From assembly GCF_009914755.1 (NCBI RefSeq), contig NC_060932.1: a DNA stretch of 64,000 nt; one strand, written 5' to 3'. The notes under the pieces were generated by a model. The model saw only the letters and a list, made by a program, of their open reading frames with translations, ran no database searches and was not told the origin of the DNA. The stretch is from the human T2T-CHM13v2.0 reference genome, Homo sapiens. This document shows, one piece after another, positions 13,904 to 42,553 of this stretch. The translations under genes and the position numbers were made by a program. Positions within the stretch are counted from its first letter, which is position 1. Each line of letters begins with the position of its first letter.

Positions 13904-14604
13904 AGAGAGATTTTGTTTTCTCATCTTTCAGAAACTCTGGATAAGAGCTGACTCTTTTTCCCTGAAGTTTGGGTCTGGAAGTGGCTCTCTGTCCTTTCCT
14001 TGGATGGCACCTCCAGAGAAAACACTTTAGGGTAAGGCTGGATAAAAACTGCCCGTAAGAGATCTCCTCAAGTATACAATTTCAGTGAAAAAAGGGAAGA
14101 AAAGAACACTGCTGTCAGCCTAGCCTAAAAAAAAAAATATTAGAAACAGAACTTGAAAGAGTGCTATTTTTATGTTTGAAAATCTCCAGGCAATCAGATT
14201 TCCCTAAGGATTATCTTTTCATTTCCAAATCTGCAAAAGGAGTCAAGTGGAAAAGTAACAAAGTTACTTGATTAAAATATCAAAAATAAAAACTCATTCT
14301 GACAGGAATTTTGTTCAAGACCACTGCACAACCCTGCGACCACCGGGAAGTGAGGTTAGCTCCTGTCTGTGAACTGGGTAGACAGCGTTGCTGCTCAGAG
14401 AACGGTCTGCAGACCTGTGCCCAGTCCAGTCACAAGATGTGCATGCAAACCAAGAGTGAACGTCTGGTTTCTTGTTGTGGCCAGCCCCACTTGGCTGACC
14501 ACAGCTTTGAGCAGCGCTGGGAAATTCATGAAAACTCATTTCTAGAATTCTGTCCATTGCATCAATGGATCCAACAGGGGAAATGAAGCGCTGAGATGGC
14601 TTAC

Positions 14605-14674
14605 CTCGACTGCTGGGATAGTCCCTCAAACTTGTTTGTAGTCTTACTTGAAGAGGATGGACCCCCATCGTTAC
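14605..14674 (-). CDS. ASAP1: ASAP1 exon (70 nt): (G)NDGGPSSSSKTTNKFEGLSQQS(S)
   Basis: Acceptor ttccttgtag|GT, donor GAG|gtaagc; phase 1 to 2. Confidence 0.95.
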
Positions 14675-15181
14675 CTACAAGGAAAACCGAAGGTGAAAAG
14701 GTATGTCTTTAGATGGGGAAATGCAATGAGAATACATGGGTTTGGCCTGTAGACAGGCATTGCTCAGGTTCCAGAACGGCATTTAAAAGACCCAAGCCAA
14801 AACGGCATGCATTTCTGGCCTAAGACCAAAACAAAACTGAGCACTGTTTTGGGCTTTGCGGTTTTTTATTTCTGGTAAAGGAGTGTATCAAAGAGGTGAG
14901 CAGCTGCTCTGTGGCAAGGCCTCAAAGAGCATAGAAACTTGGTGATGTTCCCACTGGCTCAGGATCTTGTCCTTAGTTTGAGGGTAGAGAAAGAAGAATA
15001 AATTTCAAGTTCACCAAGAGGCCTCATGCTAGGAGACTACCCTCTAGTATCCAAACTCAGAAGAAACACACAACTCACAAGTGGAATGTGCATGTGAACA
15101 CCATTAGCAGGGTGGTGGATAAGTGGTCATCTGTTGGGCCAGGCCCTCAGGCACTTACTGACTCGTCATTCATTCTCTCTC

Positions 15182-15636
<455 letters not shown>

Positions 15637-17059
15637 AAGTATTAACATTTATTAAGCATCTACTATGTGCAAGGCATAAATGTGAAGCAGAAGGCACAAA
15701 AACAAATAAAAATTCACTGCTCTCACAGAGCTTATGCTCTGGCCTGTGAGACTTAAGACATAGGAAATACACTAATAATGTGTAATGAGATGAACATCAG
15801 TTGCTGTCAATTGAGGAGAATAGTTTCTAAACTCTGACTGCTGGCAGGAGTGGGGAAGAGGGAGTAGGGAATGCTGTCTGGGGAAGACATAGCACCTGGA
15901 CAGGTGAAGAACTTTCTAGCGGGTGAGCAGCAAAACCAGAGGCACACAGGTGGAGGTAAGTGTGCTATGTCCAGGAGAGGGTCACAAGACAATAAATGAG
16001 GGCTCTTCTATGATCCATTTTGTGGTGGGCAGAGTGCAGGGCAGTTGTGGAGCCCCAAGCTGCAGGCACCCAGGAGGATTCCCCGGGACCCTGCATGGGC
16101 ACCCTGTCTCTGGGGCTCTAGTTCATTTCCTTGTCCTTTCTTCCTATGACTGCTCTGGAAACTCTTGTTCTCTTCTTTCAGCAGCCTCCTCTCCTCCTCT
16201 ACCTAGAAGACTATAATACTGCCTAGGTGGCACTGGGAATGGGCTGGCTGAGGAGGCTGAGCACCAGGAGGGCAGATGAAGAGGGCAGGGCTGAAAAAAA
16301 ACTAACTGATCCTCACTACACTGCACATCTGCTCAATAGCACCACCGATTGCCCACATGCTTTTATATTCATCCAGCCTTCCTTCCTCACAGCATGAGAC
16401 TGGCATCATAAGATAAGGAAATGAGACTAAATGAATAAATGGCTGCAGGTCCCGTGGGGAAATGGTGTACCTGGGAGTCCTGACCACAAATCAATGTGCT
16501 CTTCATTACCCATCAAGACGCCCTGATAGTAACATTATTAACAGCAACGACCGTTTACTGAGCACTTACTGTGAGCAACATACTGTGCTACATACTCATA
16601 GTAATTATGCTTATGAGATAAATAGTATAATCACCCCTCATTTTATATATGAAGAAGCACACAGAGAAGTAAAGTCAATTGCCCAAGGTCAGGTCACTGG
16701 TAAGGGTCAAAGCTGGGATGGAAAGCCAGCAGCCCTCTTCCAGGGTCTGTACTGTGAATCACCACACTCTAGCACCTATCACCTCCTGGTCTGACTGCAC
16801 CTACTGAAGAGGGAGAGGCTGGCAGGGTGCTCACCTCCTGGACAGAATGTTCTGTAATTCTATGATATTGATACAAGAAGAAATGAGATAAACTGGCATT
16901 ACTAGAAGAACCAAAGGCTTTCAAATTTAGTTTTATTTAATTTTAATTAAACTAACCATCAGTATATGTTCATGAGCCCATATAACTTAATATTTAAGGA
17001 CTTCTTTGGTAACTCATAAAATCCTCAGAGCTGTGATGTTCTTCAAGGTAGGGCATTTA

Positions 17060-17563
<504 letters not shown>

Positions 17564-18414
17564 GGTAGGCATTTCTTTCTAGCACTGTGCTCAATGATGA
17601 GTCTTCAGGGCTAGATATCAAATCTTATACTTTCCCACTTAAATGAGTTATAACAATCAAAACGTCAAGGAAAATTTTATGTTTGGGGAATGAACTGTTA
17701 CATCCACTAATTCCCTTTCCAGGTAGAAAACATTCCAAAGAAGTGATTATTAATGCAGGTTGCATGTGCTATACATGAGTAAATTTGAGACCAACAGGGC
17801 TGCAAAGGCCCTCTGGCTCTGCTGTGGTCATTCATTCTGCTGTCACACAGACGAGTCATCATGTCAGGGGCTGCTGCCCAATACCCACAGGCCCAAATGT
17901 CCAGAGTTCTCACTTAACCTTACTCTTTGGCTTCTCAAAATGAGTCTCCTTTTTCCAAAGATGGTGTGAGTTTTTATGTCTCTGTAACTTTGCCCCTTAC
18001 GTTCCTTTTCCCTGCAAGGAAGGCCTGTCTCCTTCCAGTTTTGGTGAATTCCTACACAACCTTCAAAGAACACCTTTAGAGTCACTTTCTGAGAATTCTT
18101 CCATAGCTGACTTGACCAGCCCTTATAACCAGCTTCTTACCAGGAGTGGTTAATTAGGGGTGCAGATTTTGGACCTAGACAAGTGTGGCTTTGAATTCTA
18201 GCTGTACTGCTGACCAGTGGGTATGAGTTTGGGTGACTTCTTATTCTGCTAAGCCTCGATTCCGTCATATATCAACTGGGAACAACCATGGTACCTACTA
18301 CCCTAGATGGGCATGAGTATTAAAGGAAATAAACTATAAAGTACGGGACACAGTGCTAGACCACAGGAAGCCTGACACAAGGGTATTATTATTCACAGCT
18401 CTTCAATGGCATGA

Positions 18415-18867
<453 letters not shown>

Positions 18868-20156
18868 TGACCGTGCTGGCTCATCAACTTCTCTGCCCAC
18901 AGCGGACCTTCTTACACCTGGCTGGGTAGGCGTCTATGGTCTGGTTGACAAGAATCCTGTCACTCTCATAGCTATGCAAAGGCTACCTGCTGTGCTTGAG
19001 AAGAAAAGTGTGGCTAGAAAAAATTCTGAAAATAAAATAGTACTGAAAAGAGGACAATGAGCAGCAAAAATATGGAAGCAACTCAATCCCTTTTTCTCTC
19101 TCTGTGCAATTTGGAAAAAGGTCTTAGTGTATCATACAGATGTGTGTAAGAGAAAGTTGGAGATACCTCCTGGGCAGGCAATGGAAGAAGTGTGGCCAAG
19201 ACTCCTGGTCACCTACCATAGCTTCGAAGCTACAGGAGAAGAGTTTGTGGAAAGAGAGGGGGCATTGGCTCAGCAGCGAATGGCCAGGTTGCTACAGGAG
19301 TATTCTGGAATAGTGAATTACTATACAGGCCTTGGAGTTGGAAATGGGTTCAAATCTCACTTCTGCAGTTCCTGGATTTGAGATCTTAAGCAAGTCATTT
19401 GACTTCTCTGTGCCTAATTTCCTCATCAGTAACTGGGACAATGACAGTCCCACTTCCAATAAGTAGATATGTAATAAAACAAACAAACAACAAGAAAAAA
19501 CAAAAAAACAAAGGAAAAGAAAAGAAAATAAGTAAATATGCATGTCTCAGACATTTCATCTATGGAGCTTTTTTACCTGGAAGTCCCAGGCCTGAAATAT
19601 AAGCAGTAAACCAATTTTTGGTATAGTTTTTCATCCATTATTTGCTCTATATTAAATAAAAGTACAATTCTAACTCCCAGTGACCAAAGATGAGGAATGT
19701 AAGTGATTCCCAGAGGTCACTTTGTCAGGGATTGGTAGAACCTGGATCAGAACCTGGGCTTCTGGAATGTTCTTTCAGTGCATGTTATGGTTTCCCACGT
19801 GCACTGCAGACACTTCTCTAAATGCCAAAGGATGGAGGGCCAGGGGAGGGGGGAAATTGTTATTAGGTATTAATTCAAGAGTGTTAGAATAGTGTCAGTC
19901 TTAAGGCTACCATGAACCTAACAATTAGTTGTATTTCTCTCTTTGCTCTTGCCTGTAAGAATCTTAGGGTCAAATCCGTGGCCCACTTCCAGACACTGTA
20001 TGTGACTTTTTGTTACTCATTTTGTGGAGAAATCACACTCCTGGAATTCACCTTACTTTGCTACCTTTATTCTCCCTTTGTCCTCATTTCTTATTATTTA
20101 AATTGTGTTAAAATATGTGTTAGTCTGTTATAAAGTAGGTTATTAAAGAAAGAGGA

Positions 20157-22384
<2,228 letters not shown>

Positions 22385-22559
22385 CTAAAACAGATTGGGA
22401 CAGGAGGCCTCGAGTCTTGCCTACTTTACAAGTTTGATTCCATATTTAATGTTAGGCAAGCGATCAGCGTGAACCCATTGATCTAAAAAATAGAGAGCTG
22501 CTGACAACAACTATTACCCCCAAATCTCCCCTGTGAATCTGGAGGAGGAAATCCTAGGC

Positions 22560-23428
<869 letters not shown>

Positions 23429-26400
23429 GTTTCTCCCATCTCTAGCTATCCAGCAAAATGCTAGGCTGAGAATAATGGTAACAGTAGCTATCATTTATTG
23501 GGTGCTGCCTATGGTTTTGGTTGCTTTTTATGTGTTCTTCTCATTTAATCTTCATAACTCCATATGCAATACAGACACTATTACTAGCCCCATATTATAG
23601 TTGGAGAAGCTTTGGCACTGAACATTTCAAAGATACTTGCTGAAAATCACAAGGCTATTGAGTAGTAGAGATGGAATGAGAATCCAGACAGTATGACACT
23701 TGAGTTCACCTTAGAGCACTTTGCTCTGCTGAGAGAAGCAGCACATGCCCTCAGAAGGAGTTCATGTACTAGGAAAGACAGGCAAGGAAACAGCCACTGT
23801 GATACCCACTACACCAGTGGGGACAAAAGGGTGGGGAGTGGGGAGTTTTACTGGACTGCAAAAGGCCTTTTAAGTAGATCCCAGGACAGCAGATCTTGAA
23901 AGATGACTAAACATTAACATAAAGAAGTAGAGGGAAGAAGATTCTAGGTTGAGGGCATACTGTAAGCAAAGGCTCAGATCTGAGAGAAAAAAATAGAACT
24001 TTGGGGAATGTGGTGTACCTCAAGATGGCAGACATGTTCAGCTTTGGGGGTGGAGAGGTAAGGCCTGGTGAGAGCTAAGGGGCTGTTCTTTTACTACCTG
24101 CTCATGCCTGGTGTCTACCTCCCAGTCCTGATCTCTCACAGTTCAAAGGCCCTGATCCTCATGGGCTGAGGAGAGATGAGAGGTTTAGGGGAACATAAGA
24201 GCGTTGGAAAGGTGCGTCCACAGACGAAAGCTGCAGGCATCAGAGAGGAAGGTTGCCTAGAAGGTTGATCCCCTAAGTGCCTTGCTGATGACCTGTCTGG
24301 GCCCTGCCTTTGGCTTCTACAATACAATGTCAGCAGGAGGCGGGGAAGGGATAAAACCAAGCAGTAATAATACAACACAGACCTCAAGCACTAGGAGCAG
24401 AGCAACTATAACCTTTCTAAGGAGAAGTCCAGCCGTGTATGAATGCACCCACACATACATGCCCATTACTGACCTGTGTCTGTAGACAGTATATCTCACA
24501 TACATGCATGTACACCAACATATGCTTTCTAAAATCAAAATTTAAAAAAAAATTTAAATTGTTTTTTAAATTTAAAATTTTGATTTCAACAATCAAAAGT
24601 CCATGCCATGTGGCGAACTGTCACTGTGGCCGAGGACAGATGATGATTTTTGTCCTTCAAGGCTGGTTGTAGGTGAGAGGCTCTTAGCTGGTGAGAAACT
24701 GACAGACAGAACAGCGTCCTCATCTGGAAAAGGTTATAAGGCTCCCAGCTCACTGTCAGGCACTCTTTTAAAGTAAATTTTGTTTAATAAAAAATGCTCC
24801 CTGACCCATCAACAATGGGGGGAAAAACGGCCAGCTGCTAGTCTTGCTCTTGAGTGATGTGAAAATCTAAAAAAGTGATGATTTTCAAGCCAGAAAGCAG
24901 AAATTTGGTAAATTTATTTGAGGAATGTTCGAGTCTATACAATGTGAATAAAGGCACTTCAAACCTTAAGAAATAAAGCCACTTAAACAAGAGGATTAAA
25001 ACTTAAAGAGAAATTTGGAAAGGAGGTTAATTTGTGATATGAAACGCTGATGTGAAACTTGTGACTTTCATGGAATGTTATTTGGGGGAAAGGCCTTTTT
25101 GATGAAATCTGGGGATCCCGAAGGCCTTACACAGCAGCCTCTGAAAATGTCACGGACATCCTTAGTCTTTATGTACATATGTGCTAGCACACCTCAATTG
25201 TTCTTGCCTGGCTTGTGGGAACTAATTCATTAACACCAAACTCCAATGTCTCCTCTTCTCTAAACCTTCCCTGGCTTTCCTCTAAAGTCTGACATTCAGT
25301 TTTCTGGCATTTCTAGTGTTTAGACAACATGTCTATCCTGATAGTAAAGAACATGTGCTCTAATGACTTACCCACGTGTGTCCTGCATTAGACCATGAAC
25401 TCCACGAGCATATGGACTGAGAAGGCCCAAGCAAGGGGCATAGTAAGTGCCTCAAGTAAGCAAACAGAGTCAGAGAATGAACGGCTAAATGCACACACAT
25501 GCTTGCACACACATAACCCGGGGTGTCTGGGCCAGATGGTGAACAGGTGACAATCAGCAACGGGACAATATAACTTTCCCCCAAAACTCAAAACACAAAA
25601 AATATGAAGAAAGCCACAATGAAACTCCACAGCAGGAAGAGGTGAGACACACAAACTAACAAATTTATTCAGCAAAGCTTCTGTGAGTGTCTGTCACGGG
25701 CCAAGACCCTGTTTCGTGATGGGGTGACCCCTAAGTCGCTAGCAGGCTAGTAGTAAAGATGGGAATTATGTCCCTTGTAGATGGGAATTTGTCATGTGCA
25801 GTCAATGTCACTGAAATGATTAACAAGCTGACTCTGGGCAAATTTATTCATTCTCAAGTGATTCCTGAATATTCACTGTATGCCAGGTGTGGTTCCAGTA
25901 AACACTGGTGAGAACAAGACCAAGACAAGGTTCTGGCTCTCATGGAGCTTACATTTTAGTGGGGCGGCTTACATTCTGTGATAAGGTGTTTGGGGGAAAA
26001 CAGGTAGGGAGGAAGCTGCGTTGGAGGGCGGGGGAGATAGACATGCTGGCTGAGAACTCAAGGATGAAAGGGAAGCAGCTGTTCAAAAAGCATGACAGAG
26101 TTCCAGGGAGTGGGAGGGCCCTCAGGAGGCAGAGGATGGTGTATCCAAGAAGTGAAAGAAGGCCAGCCCTGAAGATAGAGTGGCAGGAGAGGGTCTAGGA
26201 GATAAGAGCCTGATCATGCAGGGCCCTGTGGGCCTTGATATAGGGAGCTTGCATTTATCTGAAGCTCAAAAGGAAATCTCAAAAGGGTGTTAAGGAGAAA
26301 AGTGACCATGAGCTGATTTACACTTTATAAGAAAACCATTCTGGCTGTTGTGAGGAAAATGGATTACTTTGCTTTTCTGAGCCTCTGTTTCCTTATATAT

Positions 26401-26680
26401 AAACGAGACTAATAATACCTACCTCACAGAGTTGCTATTATAATTGAGTAAGATTTAGGAAGTGCTCAGCACCTTTTAGTTTTTAATGGCCTAAATATTT
26501 TTCAAAATGTTCCTTTCCCTTAAGAGACAGGTAGAATCATGTCATATATACCCGAGTCAGCACCCAGCATGTGTGTGCATTTTGGCACACTTTCTGAATG
26601 TGCTAACAGGCCACTGCCCAGTGGAGCCCCACACGCTGCCTGGCCCCAGCAGCTTTGGCCCTGACTTTAGGATAACTTAC

Positions 26681-26851
26681 CCCAAGGAACTGCGCCTTTG
26701 TTTGGGGGCCCATGAGGTAGTGGGCTGGGAGGGTCGGATAGGGTTCTCTTGTGTCCGGGTGGTGGGGGAGGAGGCCTCTTCTTGGATAGGGTGGAGCTGC
26801 CACTAGAGGTCTGGGTGCTTAGAGGGAGTGTTGAAGGTGGGCCAGTTGGAC
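26681..26851 (-). CDS. ASAP1: ASAP1 cassette exon (171 nt, 57 aa): (G)PTGPPSTLPLSTQTSSGSSTLSKKRPPPPPPGHKRTLSDPPSPLPHGPPNKGAVPW(G)
   Basis: Acceptor cctttctag|GT, donor GGG|gtaagt; symmetric phase 1-1; size fits the 57-aa difference between ASAP1a and ASAP1b (established knowledge). Confidence 0.96.
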
Positions 26852-27051
26852 CTAGAAAGGAAATTGAATGGGGGCAGGAAGATTAATCCCAGTCTCACAG
26901 ATACAAAACAGCCAGTATGAAATCACTTCCACACATCAGAATGTGGTATGACACACAGAGACAAAAGCAAAAGGCTGGATATGGCTAACTCCATCAACCT
27001 AATAACTCACAAGTAGGGTTTCAAAAATTTGGTTAAAAAAAAAATAAAATT

Positions 27052-28439
<1,388 letters not shown>

Positions 28440-28931
28440 TTAGTAGATACCTAGTAATCCAGAAGGGCTCCAAAAGAGCTTTATACACTCTTCATATTAA
28501 AAAAAAAAAGTCTAATTACTGCTGGCCTCTTTCCTTGGTACAAAGTAAGCTTTCCTATTTCCCATTGTCAATTACTAGTCCCTACCAATATTGACTTAAA
28601 CCATTATTTCTATAAGATAGGCTAGTTCTGAAAGTAAATACTGTTAATCTCAGTAAAATTATCATCTGCTTTAGGTTTAAATTGCCAGGCTATATAATTT
28701 ACATCTTTGTCCCATTGCGTAATTCTATTACACAATGGAAGCCTGATGCTTACCCCAAATCAACACTTAATTAGGGTGTCAGTCACAGCAGTTTTCAGAA
28801 ACTATTTTATTTTTGTAACAATACAGAGATTGTTATTATGGCCTTGCATCTGTATAATGCTTTGTAGTTTTCAAAATGTGTTTATATATGCTATTCCTCA
28901 GCTTCTTCCCTAGGTTTATCGTTAAAAAAAA

Positions 28932-30634
<1,703 letters not shown>

Positions 30635-31458
30635 TAATTCTTAAGGAGGCCAATACGTTTCACTTAGGTTGACTGATCAGAAACAAGTGGGGAGAATTAG
30701 CAGGAGGGAACAGTGTTAAGTGTGAAAAGGGATATTCAAGTTTATAATCTTACACTTGGAAAACAAACACACAGACAGACCTATCTATTGTCTTGTAGTA
30801 GAAGCTACAGAAAGGAAGATGCTACAAAATCTTGGCTGGGAAGACATGAGGTAAAATAAGGTTGAAAAATACTATATATAAGACCCCAGAAATGCAGACT
30901 TAAAAAAATGTTTGAAGATTTAAAGAGCTCAGAAGACTTCCAAAATTAGTAACCAGTCCCACAGCATTAAAAGGGATCTTTTATGCAAAATAAATCTGAG
31001 TACTGGTTCAGTCAGGAAAAAAGCAATTCTGGTAAGATAAAGAAAGCTGAAACAAAATAAAATGGAACACAGCATCAAACGCAACACAAAAAAGGGTGGG
31101 GAGGCAAGATTAGTGAGTGGTGACAGAGATGCAGAGGTGACTAAGAGGCAATTTTCTCTCCTGAACTCTGCCAGAGGCCTGTGGAAGTAACAAGAAAGTG
31201 CCCCAAACCTCACTTGCCACTAATATTGGCTACCATGTGAAATAATGTCTATATCTTCTTAAAAACATGGGTCTAGCCTTCCAAAGCTTCTATGAATAAA
31301 TCTGAGGTTAAATAATTAGAAGATCTTCTAAGAGGAAGTAGAGTACACCTCATTCTTCCTGAGGGTTTACATGTTAGTTTCGCATCAGCTGTCACATTCA
31401 AAGAAGCTGAATCATCTAGGAGCATGTGTTTTCCACGAGAAAGCATTCCCTGCCCTTA

Positions 31459-31917
<459 letters not shown>

Positions 31918-32957
31918 TCACCACCCTTCATTCTGGAGGCACTTCTGGGTCCTCTTTTGGGTATCAGGTGCTGTGCTCTGGACACAGGCCTGTCCTCAAG
32001 GCACTCTGCTCTGTGGCTTCTCTCCTCACCTGCCCTGTTCTCCAGGGGTTCTAAATGTGTCTTCTGATCTGTTCTTCACCGTCCTCCCTTGTTAACGGCC
32101 CTCCCTGCACAGACAGCATCCCCATCCCTGACCCTGGCTATGCCTGGGTCCCTTCCCACATCTCCAACAGCCTCTTGGTCACTCCATTTGGACATTCTGC
32201 TGTGCCTTCAACTCAAGTGGTTGCCGCTGAACCTACCTGATGTGCTGCCAGAGCACCTCAACGTCCTTAGCCTCGGGGATGCCTCTGTCTGAGGTCTATG
32301 TCAGAAGTGTGCCCGGCATACAGCCAGGGCTCAGGAAGTGCACCCAGGCAGTGTATTGCAGAAGTGACTATGCTCACCCTGGCAGGCCCACGGGCAGTTT
32401 TCAGGCCAAAGCTCTTGTCCCACATTCCTGGGCCCAACAATTTAGTCTCTCAAAAAGTGGCAGCGATCTCCTGAGACTCTCCCAGGAACTGACATTCTCT
32501 TCTCACTGAAGCTCCCTTATGGGAAATCGATATATTCTTAAACTATGAAGGTGGTTTGAGAATATCTCCCCAAACAGTACTCAGCAAGGCAATCTCTCCA
32601 CTTAGCCCAGAAAAAATGTCCTGGAAATTCATTCACTTATACCTAAATAGATATAAATATACCTTAAAAAATGAAAATTAATTCCTAAAATCATAATCAG
32701 CATGCTTTTCAAATCTCTTCCTCCTCTTCTTGCATTTTCTGGAGCTACCATTTACTGAGTATTATGTGCTTGAGCTAAAACACAGTATTTAAAATTTATC
32801 TTGTAAAATATTATCATTATTGTCACATTATCCATTTGAAGGATAAAAAGACCCAAGGCTCAGAGGGTTTAGGAACTTGGCAAGTCACAGCAAATGAGCA
32901 GCTACGTCCAGGCAGAACCCCATTCTGTCTGACTCAAGGCCAGACTCTCAGCCTTGA

Positions 32958-33359
<402 letters not shown>

Positions 33360-33360
33360 T

Positions 33361-38620
<5,260 letters not shown>

Positions 38621-38865
38621 TTCATTTTTTTAAGGGTCAGTTCAAATGTAACTTCATCCAGAATCCTTCTCTAATCCATCCCCTCTTCCCTGGAATACCC
38701 ACTCTTATCTCTGAGCTTCCAGGGCTTAATGGATATTCTCTACCATACATTACAGCTACAATTTCTCTTCCTTTCCAGACTGTGTGCATCCATAGGGCAT
38801 GATCTGTACTGTCTCCACAGCTCTCCTGCCAGGGCCCGGCATGCTCTGGGTACTCAGTACACAAC

Positions 38866-39439
38866 TGAAAAAGTACAGTAGAGGTTCCTCTTCAAAGACT
38901 TTCCTCCCCATCTAATTAGGAATAAATAGTAACTTCTCTTAGAAGTAAAATTTATTCAAAGACCTGTGCTAACATTTTTAAATCTCTGCTAGCCATAATA
39001 AAGAAATCAATGTACTTTATGTTCTTAGTTCCCAAAATTTAGCCTGAATCTTTGCCCTGGCATGCTTATACTGGTTCAAGCAAGCATTAGGTCATGGCCT
39101 GTTCCTCTTCCTTATTTGAAGGTGTTTTTACCTTTCTCAGCATTCCACAAGTTACTTCCTCCGTCCTTTGTTCTCTGCCTTTGCAACTCTTTTAAAAAGT
39201 TCTAAGTTACTAGCCAATCAGGACAAATACAAAACAGCCAATGGAAACTGGACACAGCAATAGGATGGACACGTCAGGTTATAAATGATCCTGTCTCATT
39301 TGTTCAGTGTACTCTCGTGGCAAAACTGCTGGCAAGTATACCCTTTCTACAGAAAGTATAAAAACGGCCTTGCTGAAAAAATTAAATTTATGTTCAAGTG
39401 CTATTTCTTTATGGCACTGGGAAACAAGCATTTCAAACA
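38866..39439 (+). mobile_element. ERV1 solo LTR, LTR10-like (probably LTR10C)
   Basis: TG...CA termini; 5-bp TSD ACAAC/ACGAC; CCAAT boxes and TATA; family call from recall. Confidence 0.7.
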
Positions 39440-39754
39440 ACGACTATAAAGATAATTCATGATGTAAGTCAGGAGGATGTTTTTTCAATATCCTTGTATA
39501 TCTGGTTTTTAGTTACACACAGAAAAACCAAAAGTCTCTTACACTGGGAGACCAAATAAAAGTATAACTGAAGTTTCAAAGAAAAAAAAAGACCTAGAAG
39601 ATGGCTTAAAAATTATCTTGACAGTTTCTGAAAAAGTTGTCTGTAGAAACATAATTTACACATTCTAAGCTGCCACATAGGAAGGGTAATGACAAAAGTT
39701 ATATCTATCCAACTTGGGACAATATACATGAAGATTTTATCACTTTCTAATAGT

Positions 39755-40310
39755 TTTCTTTTTTCAATTTATTTTTAATTGATAACATATATATTTATTA
39801 TGTATAACATATTGTTTTAAAATATGTATACAGTTGGACCTTTGTATCTGGGAGTTCTGCATCTGCAGGTTCAACCAACCCTGGATTAAATATATTCAGA
39901 AAAAAGAAACTCACAATAAAAAATAACAATCCAACAACAATAACAACAAACAAACAATATAGTATAGCAACCATTTACATAGCATTTACATTGTAGTAGG
40001 TATAACAAGTAATCTAGAGGTGATTTAAAGTACACAGGAGAATGCGTGTAGGTTATATGCAAATACTGCACCATTTTATATAAGGCACTTGAGCATTCCT
40101 GGAGTTTTGGCATGGGATAACTGTACATTGTGAAATTGCTAAATTGAGCTAATTAACAGATGCATTACTTCACGTATGCATCTTTTTCTTTGTAGCGAGA
40201 ACATTTAAAATCTATTCTCTTAGCAATTTTCAAGAATACAGTACGTTATTAACTACAGGCACCAGGTTGTACAACAGATCTCTTGAACTTATTCCTCCTA
40301 ACTGATCTAA
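39755..40310 (-). mobile_element. L1M 3' fragment split by a MER2 (Tigger-type) insertion at 39831-40123
   Basis: MER2 ends cagttg...taactg flanked by TA; L1 3' UTR motifs on both sides. Confidence 0.7.
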
Positions 40311-41871
40311 TGGTTTTCATAGTATAAAGCTTAAAAGAGTGGAAAGCTTAAGTTAATTACTTTAAAAAGTAATTAACCGTATATTTATACAAAGAAGGAC
40401 TCAGTGTAGAACGGAGGAGCTGTTATCTCCACATTCAGATGGAGAAACAGGCATGGTGGAGTAGAGTGTGCTGGGACACTAGTGTAAGTCAGCAGGGCTG
40501 GCCAGGATTACAGGACAGGCTGGTGCCCGGGCATGATATGTGCCACATTGCTCTGTCAACTGACTTCCACACAGGAAACAGCATTAGCTATCCATCTGTC
40601 CTTCCACCTCCTTCTATGACACTGATAATTAAGAAGAAAGTACCAGGATTCAAGAGACTTAGGGCTGATTCTTTAACAATTAACTCATCCACCCCTGAAT
40701 GCCAGAGGCACAACAAGGATTTCCTCTGCTTCCCTTTCCACACCCTGGCAGTCAGGTGACTTAGCTAGAGAGCCTCAGTCAAGGTCACTATTCAGGGCAA
40801 AAATCACAGATGATACTCTGGGCCAGCACTAGGTGATTCACGTGCAATGCCTTACAAAGGACAGGGGGAAAGGATTTAAAAAGGCCAAAAACCCAAATGC
40901 AAACCAAACCCAAATGAAAAAAACACCCTAAAACAAAACACGAATCAAGGGTGACAGCCTATGAGAAGCTTTAATATCAAGCTACTCTAATGACTGTCTT
41001 CCCATGAGATAAAAAACCGCAGGAAACTGTAAAGTCATCAATATATGAATAACACCACTGATAGGAAAATATTTCCCATGCGAGTCTGAATCATGCAGTA
41101 GTGTACTTTCATGGTGGCAGGTGCTGTCATATACTGAGCAAGTCTTCACCCTTTCTACTCTTCTTCCTATCTACTGCCACAGATCTCCAAGGAAAGTTGG
41201 AGAAATGTCTAAAATGCATACACAGCTGTGTCTGGGCACAACTGCTGCATTTATTAGATTTTCAGCAAGTCAACTATCACACCTGTGGACATCTGGTTTA
41301 GTTTTATAAATGTCCCCTCCTTATCCTGGCCACCTATTTCTGGGACATGCTTTCACTGATTCTTTCTGCTGTTGTTTATGCATCTGACGAGTACTGACGA
41401 GCATCCTACTCTCTGTGCCAGGGATGCAAAGGCAGCTCATTCACAGCCCTTATCCTTGAGGAGTTCTGCTCCTAACTGGAAGAGTGCATTGAAGACTTCC
41501 CTAATCCTCTCTCTGAAGCTGTGAACAGCACTTCTCTTTCCTGCTCCTCCAGGAATACTCCCTAGTGGCCCCAGGGGCACATTATACTGTGTCCTCTTTC
41601 CCTGGAGCCCTGAGAGTGGGAGGTACTTCTTCCTTCTTCTTTACATTTCCAGTGCCCAGAATGTTTGTTAAACTGAAAACATGCAGGAGGATTGAACAAA
41701 CTTGTATTTACTGAATGCTCACTACGTGCCAGTCATTTCATAGACATTATTTCATGCTCTCTAAGCAAGGTAGACACCTAATCCTTATTTTTCAGTTGAA
41801 GACTCTGAAAATCAGCAAGATTGGCTCAATGTTAGGATGAGACAAGTATGGGGCAGGATTGGGCCTTATGA

Positions 41872-42553
<682 letters not shown>

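Noticed and set aside
24638-24704. ATGATGA...CTGA resembling a C/D box snoRNA
   Set aside because: Antisense to the host gene and no terminal stem.
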